Part shown: positions 26,917 to 38,300 of the stretch, piece by piece
Layout: each line of letters opens with the position of its first letter
Position numbering within the stretch: position 1 is the first letter of the stretch
NCBI GenBank assembly: GCA_002104905.1
Contig: MCFE01000003.1
Span: 124,001-188,000, forward strand
Length of the DNA stretch: 64,000 nucleotides
From: Basidiobolus meristosporus CBS 931.73
Taxonomy: Eukaryota; Fungi; Basidiobolomycota
Direction of reading: 5' to 3'
Program-made: the position numbers and the translations under genes
Notes under the pieces: model-generated
The model's database searches: none
What the model was told of the DNA's origin: nothing
The model's input: only the letters and a program-made list of their open reading frames with translations

Positions 26917-27422
26917 TGTTGTAAGAGTCTTAGGGATATTGGAAGTGATTTGGGAGGACAAGTGGATTATGTGTTTTCACTTAATGACTTATTGAATGTA
27001 AAGGTAGTATTTGTACTTTTGCATAGTCTTGGCATAACCAACATGTAGAATAGGTTACAAAAGGCTCAAAGAACATGTGTGCAAAGTTTGGGGCTGTTTG
27101 GATAACTTGGAGATTTTTCACATTGTGGGTATCTGATATTTTGGTGAAAATATTCCAAGTAATTCCTGACAAGGAATTTGGTCAGTAGTCTCCAGGATTT
27201 GAAGGTAATAATCTAAGTGACTAAGTTAGGTGAGTATTTAGGTGGAATTACAAACTTTTATAACAAAATATATTAAAGAATAGATCACATGGGACTAGCC
27301 AAGAGTCAGCTTGTGATGCAGCTAGGTTATGTGACATGCAAATACCATATATAGTATTAGGTTACATTAATTCCAAAGGGAGCTTCCATAGAATGTTTAT
27401 TGTGTAACATTGACTTGGAGCT

Positions 27423-27460
27423 TTCCAGAAGTTGCTAGAATGTAGTAGAACATTCTAGAA
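27423..27460. promoter_or_regulatory. Heat-shock-element-like nGAAn array in LTR-C U3
   Basis: TTC ca GAA gt TGC ta GAA tg TAG ta GAA ca TTC ta GAA: 8 phased positions, 6 matching, with GAA every 10 bp. Confidence 0.6.
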
Positions 27461-27983
27461 GGAACTGGGATTTCTTCACCAACATGATTTGGTCAAATCA
27501 TGAAAGGTTAAAGATGTTATGTGATCATGACAACAAGTACAGCCAGATATCATTATAGAAGTACCAAGTGGTCAGCAAGATATTGTTGGTATAGTAGTAA
27601 CTGGTGAATGGTCAAAAATTACATGTGTGGCAAAACACTGGCTGTAATCCTTGTAATAGTTCCTATGCTGTCTGTGTGCTTCATGACTGAGAGGCTTGCT
27701 ACAATAGCCACATGGTCTTCCTTCTCTTCTCTTGGAGTATTAAATCAAAGTAGTCTTGTCCATTGGGCAAACAGTTTATACTCATCAACATAAAGCTGTT
27801 ATAACCTTTTTTGTCAATACTCATGTCAGTATAAAACAGTCTTGTATTTGAGACATTGCACCTACATGAATAGAAGATTCAATGCTGACCCACCATAGTA
27901 AGCACTATAAATAAAGTTGTGACACCACATACACACTTATATATAACACCATTCCCCCTTTGATTTGACTCACTTCCATACAT

Positions 27984-28610
27984 ATACTGCCAAAAAATAA
28001 AGCAAAGTTGATGGGTTCCCAACCAAACCCCACCACTGAGAGCAGCAGAAGAACAGTTGGACAACAGCTTGCTTTGACATTCAGTGCAACTAGCAGGGCT
28101 ACAACCAAAAAAGGCCCTGTAGACAGTGTGCCCACTGAAGGGAATAATGTGGACACCTCAGGCTCTCAGTCAAGTAGGAAATTGGGAATCTCTGCAGAGC
28201 AGCAAGCTGACCATATTGCTGAGGCAAATGAGAATGTAGCAAAATCAGTACCTTCAGTTGAAGACCAGCAAATGGCTGTCATAATGTCACCACCACCTCT
28301 ATTAGCAAGTATGTTGTCAGCTCATAGTCAAGCATTAATGAAGCAATTAGGTGCAGTGGCTGATAGGAGATATATAATAGCTCTGAGAAATTGGGAAATA
28401 GTTCAGAAACAGGATAAGCAGATAAAAGGTGTAGGGCTATCAATATTCCAGGTAGAGAAAGCAGTATCTTTGCTGCAAAGAAGAAACTCAAGTAGCTCAA
28501 TGTCACAGCCAAGATTTGAGCCATTTCCCAATGTAACAGCAGAGGAGCATCATACACTCTTAGAAGCACAACAACAGTGCCCAAAGATAAAGCCCACAGA
28601 AAACCTATGA
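27984..28610 (+). pseudogene. Companion ORF of the EnSpm-like element, copy 1 (low-complexity N-terminus plus predicted coiled coil)
   Basis: About 200 aa open; homologous to 29912-30529; ancestral ATG appears as ATA at 27984. Confidence 0.6.
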
Positions 28611-28974
28611 CAGCATGGGAGGGTGAAAATGTAGTGCTTATACCAAAGCCTAAAAGTCAAAAGCCATTGGAGATACATGAGCTGTTAAAGTAATGATGAA
28701 GAATAGGCTAATATTCACAAGGCCACTAAAAGTCCAGCATGCCAACACCTTAAGGCTGGCATACCATGGGGCCATCAGGAACTCAAGGCCAAGCAGAATG
28801 CACTTGACTTGTTGCATGAGCATTATCATGGATTCAAACAAGCAAATGGGCTCTGGGCCAGCATTGGTATGCTAAGAAAGTATCTGCACAATAACAGAAA
28901 CTATCAAAGGCAGAAGTACAAGGGTGCAATGGCCAAAAACCAGTGGCTTCCTCAGGAGCCTGTTACAAGAAAGG

Positions 28975-29350
28975 CCAAAAGCTCTGAACAAGCTTCAAAG
29001 AGGCATCAGGTAGCTGGAAGTGTGCCAATAAGGGAAAAGCAGGCAGACACTGATGCACCAGCACAACATTTATCAAGGAAAAAGCGTAGTATCACTCAAG
29101 AAGCACTCAGTCAAAGTAGCAGTGAAGGACCTGGTAGTGATAAAAACAAGTAGCTACCTCAGGGCCCATTACTGCATGGACTGAGAGCTCAAAAGCAGCA
29201 GGAAAGAAGCATCCAGATGCCTGCAGATAGCCAGCAAGGGACAAGCAGGCCAAAACAGAGACATCAGAGCAGCATTTATCCAGGAGAAAATGTAGTTCAT
29301 TACAGGAAGCATTCAGACAAAGTAGCAGTGAAAGACCTGGCAGTAATAAA
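28975..29350 (+). repeat. Diverged tandem duplication, ~206-bp period
   Basis: AAGCACTCAGTCAAAGTAGCAGTGAAGGACCTGG at 29101 versus AAGCATTCAGACAAAGTAGCAGTGAAAGACCTGG at 29307. Confidence 0.7.
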
Positions 29351-29499
29351 GGAAAAGGTAAAGGGGAAAAAGTCTACTCAAGCCTGAGACAGGTACGTGC
29401 AAGAGAAAAGCTGCAGTTCTAGCCAATTATGATAGTCAGCGTGGAACAGACTGAATCCCATCATAGCCAAAAAGAATTACCAACATGGAAACAGCTCCC

Positions 29500-29895
29500 T
29501 ATGAAAATTGTTGTAATGATCCTGTCAAAAGGCCATCACAAATATAAAGTCACGTGACTAAGAAGTACTGATCCCTTCAGAATACTGTTCAGAGACCATT
29601 GAAAAATAATCACACTCCAGATTTCACAAAAAACCTAGTCAAAATTTTTCATCACAAGGATATATAGGTGGCTTTTGATTAGTTCCCTGCCGATTTGCTC
29701 ACTTTGTGATCCCATACACTCTATCACCTTGTACATTTGGGTGCATTGATTGGCTATTGCCTCTTTCTCACACTCCTTACTTCCTGACTCAACCATTTCT
29801 CTTATTTTTCATGCATACAAATTGATTTATTTCCCTTGAAACTTTGCTCATACCTCAATTGCCAATTGTATTGACCTATGCAAGTCCCTTTGCCC
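29500..29895 (+). repeat. Repeat family D (LTR-like, truncated copy)
   Basis: Inverted homology with ~33710-34114, starting at TATGAAAATT..TGATCCTGTCAAAAGGCCATCAC. Confidence 0.7.
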
Positions 29896-29911
29896 TACAC
29901 TACCTAGGTCT

Positions 29912-30529
29912 TTATGTGAGCTTTATCTTTGGGCACTGTTGTTGTGCTTCAAAGACTGTACAGTGTTCCTCTGTTGTTACATTGGGAAATGGCTCAATTC
30001 TTGGCTGTGGCTTTGAGCTACTTGAGTTCCTTCTTTGTAGCAAAAATACTGCTCTCTCTACCTGGGAAATTGATTGTTCTACATGTATTATCTGCTTATC
30101 ATGTTTCTGGACTATTTCCTGATTTTTCTGGGCCATTGCATCTATCCTATCAGCTACTGCACCCAATTGCTTCATTAATACTTTGGTATGAGCTAACAAC
30201 ACACTTGCTAATATTGATGGTGGTGATGTTATGATGGCTACTTGCTGGTCTTCAACTGAGGGTACTGTGCTTGCTACATTCTCATCTGTCTGAGCATAAT
30301 GGTCAGCTTGTGGCTCTGCAGAGGTACTCCATTGCCTTCTTGACTGAGAGCCTGAGGAGTCCACATTATCATCACCAGTGGGCACACCATCAACATCATC
30401 TTTTTTGGATGTAGCCCTGCTTGTTGCACTGAATGTCAAAGCAAGCTGTTGTCCAATTGTTCTTCTGCTGCTGTCAGCAGTGGGGTTTGGTTGGGAACCA
30501 GGCAACTTTGCTTTATTTTTTGGCAGCAT
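29912..30529 (-). pseudogene. Companion ORF of the EnSpm-like element, copy 2 (205 aa)
   Basis: MLPKNKAK..GSQPNP...LMKQLGAVADRIDAMAQKNQEIVQKHDKQI; lies head-to-head with transposase copy 2. Confidence 0.6.
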
Positions 30530-30649
30530 ATATATGGAAGAGAGTTAAACCAAAAGGGATATGGTGTTACATTAATATGTGTATTTGGTGCCACAACTTT
30601 ATTTATAATGCTTACTATGGCAGGTCATCATTGAATTGTACATTTGTGT

Positions 30650-33413
30650 AGGTGCAATGTCTCAAGTACAAGACTGTCTTAAATTCACATGAGTACTGAC
30701 AAAAAAGTGATATAATAGTACTACATTGGGGAAGGTCAAACTGTTTGCCCTGTGGACAAGACTACTTTGATTCAATGCCGTAAGTGAAGAGAAAAATGAC
30801 CATGTGGCTATTGTAGCAAGCCTCTCAGCCATGAAGCATGCAGACAGCATAGGAAGCTTTAGAAGGATCATGTCCAGTGTTTTGCCACACAAGTAAAATA
30901 TTACCATTCATCAGTCACTACTATACCAACACTATCTTGCCAGCCAGTTGATACTTCTATATTGGTACCTGGCCATCTTTGCCACCTTGCACAAACTGAG
31001 TTTGGTGAGTTTGTGATGTCTTTAAGCCCACCTCAGCCTACTGAAAATGGCATGCAGAGTGATAGCTCTGACAAAGAAGGTTCACTGATGGATTGTGAGC
31101 CTATCTCCCCTAACAACAGTACCATGCATGAGCCTGGTCAAATCCTAATATGTAATGAGACAACACCAGTTGAAACAAATGCAAGCACACTTTATGGAGC
31201 CAAGTGGGCCCAGTAATCCATCTACTGGCAAATGCTGTAATGTTGTGGCTAGAGAAGTGGCAAGTTTCCACTAATATCAGTAATGGGGGCATTGAGGATT
31301 TATTACTACTTCTTGCCAAAATTATTCCAGGATGCAACTTACCATGTACATGATACAAGTGGGCAACTGTCATGTGGCTGGCAGCATATGACCCAGAGAC
31401 TCTTCTGATTCCAGCATGTGTTAACAGTTGCATGGCATTCACATCCAAAAAAATGATGGTGGTCTCACTGGTATCTGGGTTTAAATCACTGTCCAACCTG
31501 GATAGCTACCTGTATCTGTTGCTATATGAGTTTTGTATGCTTTCCAGCAGGATAACAGCAAATGGCCATCATGTAAAAGTGCATATTATTATTTGCATTG
31601 CAGATGCCCCTGCCATCAGCAAGATAGCAGGTTTTTCCAGGCACAATGGATGGTATTGCTGTCAAATGTGTGAGATCCAGGGGATTTACTCCATAACTCA
31701 CACACATTATTATTACCCAAACACCATCACTAAAAACATCATCTTGCCACAGAGAGAACATACAGAAGTCAGCATGCAATTGCAGCAAAGTTGGCAAGCT
31801 ATAAGCCATTGGCCAGAATATGGAATCAATCAGAAACTGGAGATACTTAAGATAGTGGGTATTTGTTTGAGCAAAAGCTTTTCACTGGGAGCAAGGCATT
31901 TGCTTTTCAACAATGTCCCTATACTAATGACCAAGTTGCTCATGGGGCATTTCAAGTTCAATGAGCCCTTCAAGATACCGGAGAAATTTGAACAAACTGG
32001 CAAGATATTACAGAGTATCTGCTACCCTAGGTACTTTGCATGTGCTCCAATCAATATTCATATGCAAGAACACAAATGCAAAGACTGGATGAACTGGATA
32101 TGTATTTATTCAAGTGGTGTTCTGAAGCTATTCCTTGCAAGAGTACAATGGAAGCATTGGGAGTCATATGTGGACATTGTAGGAATGTCTATCCAGAAGC
32201 AGATCACCAATGCCAACTTGACACATCTAAAGCTGTTGTGTGAGGAGTTTGTAACAGGATTTGAGTGGCTATACTACAAACATAAAGCTGAACACGTAGA
32301 TCTCTGCTGCTGCTGTATTCACTTTCTACTCCATCTTGCTTGGTGTGTGGAGAATATTGGGCCCAGCTTTACCTTTTGGGAGTTTCCTATGGAGCACATA
32401 TATGGGGAGATAGGAAGACAAGTCAAGTCACAGGTACTACCATATCCCAATCACATCAAGGATATCACCTTCAGGTCTGTCATGAATGTGATGAGCTGGC
32501 ACATGGAGGACAGCCAGGCAGAGTTGGAAAATACTGAGGACAGATGTGCACATGGAGACACCTATGCCTATGGCATTAAAAGCTAAGCAGTCCTAATGCA
32601 TGGATAATCAGTTAAGTAATGCAAAGTTGGGTTGGGTGCAATAAGCAACTAATTTTTATTAGAAAAACTCTATCAAGGTATGCCAGATTTCTTGTGGTTA
32701 CAAGCCAACTTCTACACCATTCAATAGGAAATTCACACAAACAAGAGCCAGAGCACACCTATGGGGGGGACTAGAATCCAGCAGGGAGAAGGAATATATT
32801 GGCTAATACTGAGAAGTTCTGTGCAGATATTCAGAATGTATTCATGTCAGAAGTGACAACTGCCAAGCATATGTTTGCAAGATGTATATGTCACCAGCAG
32901 TACAAGGTATATGGCAGCTTTGCAAGTATCATGCTAAAAAGTCTGTAAAGTTGAGGTGATAAAAGTGTGTTGATTACAGCAGGTGTGCGCATTTGTAGAG
33001 GTTAGTAAGCAAGAGGCCATAGTTTTTTTTGATTCAAACTAAGTGTGGAATACCCAAGGTAGTGGTGGGTAAGTAAATGTACAGGGGTGATTCTAAAGTG
33101 GAATATATGAATTGCACAAGGTGAGGTAGAAAAAGGAAATACCATTGGGTAAATTGGCATGGTTGCATTATACAGAACTAACTGTAGGTCACCATGCTTC
33201 CTTGATAATGCCTTCAGATTAATGCTGTGAGGCATTTGATAGACTGTCAAGTTTTGGCCATTTAAGGCAATTGTATGTCCTGGCCGGTTAGATTCATTTA
33301 AAATTGTTGTAGAGTACTACAAGACTGCAACAATGCCATTCAATATTGCCACAGCACCAATCAAACCCTGTTAAGTTTAAAACTTTATTTGGTAGTAAAA
33401 TCAGCAATAACAA
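30650..33413 (+). pseudogene. CACTA/EnSpm-like transposase, copy 2 (404-aa open stretch 31372-32586), internally deleted
   Basis: IPACVNSCMAFT, IADAPAISKIAGF, HFLLHLAWCVENIGPSFTFWEFPME; lacks the segment that follows MAFTS in copy 1. Confidence 0.82.
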
Positions 33414-34114
33414 TGTCAAGAACTCAAAAGGTTATCACAATGCCTTTGGAGGAATGTTGGAACATTAATAGGCACACCAGGAGGAAACACACTTGTATAT
33501 TGCATGGACTTACTGCAAAGACTGGCAGAAGAGGAGCTAGACCTTGTAGTGCCAGCTGAAGATCAGGATGTATGGGAACCAGCAATTGAACAATGGCATA
33601 AAGCTGTAGGGTTTCCAACCAAGTTGTGGAAACAGAGCATTACAGCAGAAATCCTTATTGAGTGGTGCATTTTGATGGAGTTACTTGTTGAGTGTGGGGT
33701 TGGGCTTAATGTTGGTGTAGGATATAGGCACTTGTATAGGTCAATACAATTGGCAATTGAGGTACAACTGAAGTTTTAATGGAAATAAATCAATTTGTTT
33801 GCATGAAAAGTAAGAGAAACAGTTGAGTCATGTGGTAAGGAATGTGAAAAAGAGGCAATAGCCAATCAATGCACACAAATGTAGGAGGTGATAGAGTGTC
33901 CATGATCAGAAAGTGAGAAAATTGGCAGAGAGCCAACCAAAAGCCACTTTTGTATTGTTATGATGAAAATTTTGATTAAGTTTTTTATGATATTTGGAGT
34001 GCAATTATTATTTGACAGTCTTTGCACAGTGACCTGATGAAATCAATACCTCTTAGTCATGGGACTTAGAATCTGTGATGGCCTTTTGACAGGATCATCA
34101 CAGTAATTTTCATA
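33414..34114 (-). repeat. Repeat family D (~700 bp, LTR-like, no matching TSD)
   Basis: Homologous to 29500-29895; ends ...TTGACA on the minus strand; its two flanks are different elements. Confidence 0.6.
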
Positions 34115-35390
34115 TACTGTTTTATTGTCACCCACAGAAACATTCTTAACTGGAACTTCTTGACATTGGGTAAAATGTTCTCTTTGGTGTGCAAAGTGTT
34201 GAGATGCTCCAGAGTCAATACAATATTTCAGTATCCTTTTTTGTGGCCGTATTCTGTATAGATATGAGAAGTCTATTCCAAGTTGTTGCAGTATATCCAT
34301 ATTCAGGTTTCTTTGGCTGATTATCTCTCTTTTCGGGACACTGGTCTAATGTATATCCTTTCCATTTGCAGTAGTTGATAAACAGTTTGCTGTTGCCTAT
34401 ATTGGGTGTTACATACCTCCTGAGTTGGTTATAGCTATTTGATAAGGCATTTTGTAATCCAAGAGTCTTCCATATATGTAACTTAAGGTCAAATCTTCAG
34501 TTCTGGACTCCAAAGCTAATACAAGGCCTTGAGATTTGCCTATTAGGTTATTCTAGATGGTGACTATGACATCTTAATCAGTAGTTGGTACACCTACTGA
34601 TTCCACCTCATCAATCAACAGTATAATTCTGTTGATTGGATTTTTCATTTCTTCTCCTGGCAGCTTCTTTGTGGCAAAGAATTCTTATCTAAGATACATT
34701 CTCTTTGCAGCTGAGCATGGCTTGTAGGTGTCTTCTGATGCCTTCCAGGCATTCTTTGCTGTTTTTGCTCTTGAGCATTGAATGAGCAATTTGTGTTTGA
34801 TATCAAGGCAATTGCATTAAAGGCACTTTGTTCTTACCTCTGGTAATTTGCAACTTCATCTCCCACACTTTTAGGAGGGCATTCTTCTTTCATAACAATA
34901 TCTCAAAGGCTTCTTTTGTGTAGCAGCTTTGTCATCCTCACCTTCCACACTTGGTGGTTAGATCCTTCCAACTTCTCCGCAGAGGGAAAAGTCCCACTAA
35001 TAGCAGTATGAGATGTTGCAGACACCGACAGCTTAGGGCTCATATCTTGTTGTAAGTTTCTTTGAGATATTGGAAGTGCTGGGAGTACAAGTAGATTATG
35101 TGGTTTTCAATTAATGATTTATTGAGAGAAAAAGTAGTATTTATACACTTACATGGTAATGGCATAACAAACATAAAGAGTATCCATATGGAGGTCCCAA
35201 GAACATGCAGAGTTTGTGGCTTTTGGACAATTTGAAACACTTCATGTTCTGGCTACATTATTTTTAGGGCAAAAATATTTCAAGTAACTCCTTGCAAGGA
35301 ATTTGGTCTGTATTCTCAACAATTGGCATGTAATAATCTCTGTGATTAAGCTAGGTGAATATTTAGATGGAATTACAAACTTTTACAACA
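34115..35390 (-). mobile_element. Copia B2: 5' half (LTR 35048-35390, PBS, gag, protease), older and truncated
   Basis: Diverged 343-bp LTR, PBS at 35036-35047, YCIDSGASQHF protease motif. Confidence 0.82.
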
Positions 35391-38300
35391 GCATTGTCAT
35401 CAAAAATGCCATTAGCAAGATAGCCATCTTTTCTGGGCACAATGGACAGTATTGCTGTCAATTGTGTGAGATGTAGGGGATTTACTCCACAATTCACACA
35501 CATCATTACTATCCAAGCACTATTACTAAGAACATCATCTTCACACAGAGAGAACAAACAGTTATCAGCATGCAAATGCAGGAAAGCTGGCAAGCTATAA
35601 GCCATTGGCCAGAACATGGAGCTAATCAGAAACCAGAGAAACTAAAGACAGAGGGATTCTTTTGGTGCAAATGCTTTGCACTAAGAGCAATTCATTTGCT
35701 CTTTCACAATATCCCTATACTGATGACCAAGTAGAACATGGGGCATTTCAAGCTAATGGAATTCTTGAGATAGCAGAAAATCTTGAAATAATTGGCAAGG
35801 TATTATAGAATATCTGCCACCCAAAGTATTTCTCACAAGCTCCAATTAGAATTCACTCATATTTGCAATAATATAAATGTAAGGACTGGATGAACTGGAT
35901 ATGTGTTATTCAAGTGGCCTTCTGAAGCATTTCTACAGAGAGTACATGGCAAGCATAGGGAGTTGTACATTGACATTGTAGGAATGTCTATCCAGAAGCT
36001 GATCAACAATGCTAATTTGGTGCATCTACTACTATTATGTGAGGAATTTGTGATGGGATTTGAGCTGCTATACTACAAGCTTAGAGCTGAGCATGTAGAT
36101 CTCTGCCATGATTGCATCCACACTTAACTCCATCTTGCTTGGTGTGTGGAAATTATTGGGCCTTGCTTCACCTTTTGGGAGTTTCCTATGGAGTGGATGT
36201 GTGGGGAGATAGGAAGACAAGTCAAGTTGCAGATACTACCATATCACAATCTCATCAATGATATTACCTTCAAGTGTGTCATGAATGTGATGAGTTGGCA
36301 CATGGAGGACAGCCAGGAAGAGTTGGAAAATACTGAGGACAGATGTGCAGATGGAGACACCTATGTCTATGGCATTAAAAGCTAAGCAGCCCCAATGAAT
36401 GGATAATCAGGTATGTAATGCAAAGTTGGGTTGGGTGCAACAGGCAGCTACTTTTTATTAGGAAGGCTCTACCAAGGTACTCTGGATTTCTCTTGGTCAC
36501 AAGCCAATTTCTACACCATTCAGTACAGAATTCACACAAACAAGAGCCAGAGCACACCTATAAGCGGGACTAGAATCCAGCAGGGAGAAGGAATATATTG
36601 GTTAAATACCAAGAAGTTCTTTGCAGATATTCAGGAGGTGATCATGGCAAAAGTGGCAGCAAGCAAGCATATGATTGCAAGATGTATATGTTACCAGCAA
36701 TATAAGCTATATGGCAACTTTGCAAGTATCATGCTAATAAGCTGTAAAGTTAAGGTGATAGAAGTATATCAAACTCAGCGGGTATGTGTTTATGTAGAGG
36801 TTAGTAAGCAGGAAGCCACAGTTTTTTTTTATTCAAACTTTATGTGGAATATCCAAGGTGGCAGTGGGTAAGCAAATATGGAGGGGCAAGTCTGCAGTGG
36901 AATATATGAATGGCACAAGGTGAGGTGGAAAAAGAAAATACTTTTTGGTAAATTGGTACAGTAGCATTATACAGGCGTTCCATTTAATGCATTTGCATAT
37001 ATTGGCTTGTTAGGTGTTGTAAGAGTCTTGGAGATATTGGAAGTGATTGGGAGGACAAGTATATTATGTGGTTTTCACTTAATGATTTATTGAATGTAAA
37101 AGTAGTATTTATACTTTTACCTAGTCTTGGCATTACAAACACATAGAATAGGTTAAGGAAGGTCCCAAGAGCATGTGTGCAAAGTTTGGGGCTGTTTGGA
37201 CAACTTTGAGAATTTTCATGTTCTGGGTACCTGGTATTTTGGTGAAAATATTCTAAGTAAATCCCAACAAGGAATTTGGTCAGTACTCTCTAGGATTTGA
37301 AGGTAATGATCTAATTGACTAAGTTAGGTGAATATTTAGGTGGAAATACAAATTTTTACAACACTCCCACTCAGCTAAATGCTCATACTGACTAGTCCTA
37401 ATTTTGACCTAAGATATTCAAACTTGTCTCTAGCTGATGGTTTGGTAAATATGTCTGCAATCATTTCATCTGTAGGATAGTAAACTAAACTAACTAAGCT
37501 ATTCTCTATAGCTTCACGTATGAAATGATGTCTAATATCTATGTGCTTGGTTCTAGCATGAAAAGTTGGATTTCTACCTAATTGTATACATCTTGATTAT
37601 CTTGAAATTTAGTAATAGGCGTTTTTTGGCATAGGCCTAAATCTGTAAGAAGTTTTCTTAACCACATTGCTTCTTTTGTAGCTTCACAGGCTCCCATATA
37701 CTCTGCCTCTGTGGTGGAAAGTGCTATGGTTGGTTGCTCTCTTGAATTCCATGAAATTGCTCCTTTACAATAAAGAAAGGTGTATCCTGTGGTGGATCTT
37801 CTGTCTTCTAAATTTTGTCCCCAATCAGCTTCAGAGTATCCCACAAGATCCTGTTCTGAATCCTTATAAGTGTATCTTAAGCAGATATCAGCAGTTCCTT
37901 TTAGGTATCTAAAAATCCGCTTAACTGCTGCAATATGATCAGATCCATAGTTCTGATTATGTTGGCTGACAACTCCCACTGAATATGAGATATCTGGACG
38001 TGTTCCAAGCATGATATGCATCAGACCGCCCACCATAGATTGATAAGGAAAGTTAGGGCTTTCAGATGGCACCAAGCTCTCTTGATTTGGTTGAGTTTTG
38101 ACCAAGTTAAGGTTTGTTTCCATTGGGGTAGCTGCCGGTTTACAGTCTTCCATTTGGTACTTCTCTAGTATATCTTAAATATACTTGGATTGGCTTAGGG
38201 TGATAGTCTGGGTACTTCTGTCTATGAAGAACTTAATCCCTAAGTAGTAATTAAGTTCTCCTAGATTGGACATCTGGAACTCCTTAGATAGGCTGGATTT

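Larger units (their letters stand above)
21878..27265 (-). mobile_element. Ty1/copia element B1, both LTRs and TSD AAATA intact, RT deleted, Harbinger inserted in gag
   Basis: 349-bp LTRs at 21878-22226 and 26917-27265; AAATA at 21873-21877 and 27266-27270; PPT complement at 22227; RNase H joined to integrase N-terminus at ~22840. Confidence 0.93.
21604..27532 (-). repeat. Solo LTR family C (~536 bp), split by copia B1 into 21604-21877 and 27271-27532, 5-bp TSD ACAAG
   Basis: TG...CA ends; ACAAG at 21599-21603 and 27533-27537; TATA-like and AATAAA signals on the minus strand; removal makes copy 1 colinear without a gap with the empty site at ~30950-30990. Confidence 0.85.

Noticed and set aside
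29500-34114. Pack-MULE with long TIRs capturing the EnSpm-like copy
   Set aside because: No direct 8-10 bp TSD outside the repeats, the arms differ in length (~400 versus ~700 bp), and they are quite diverged.
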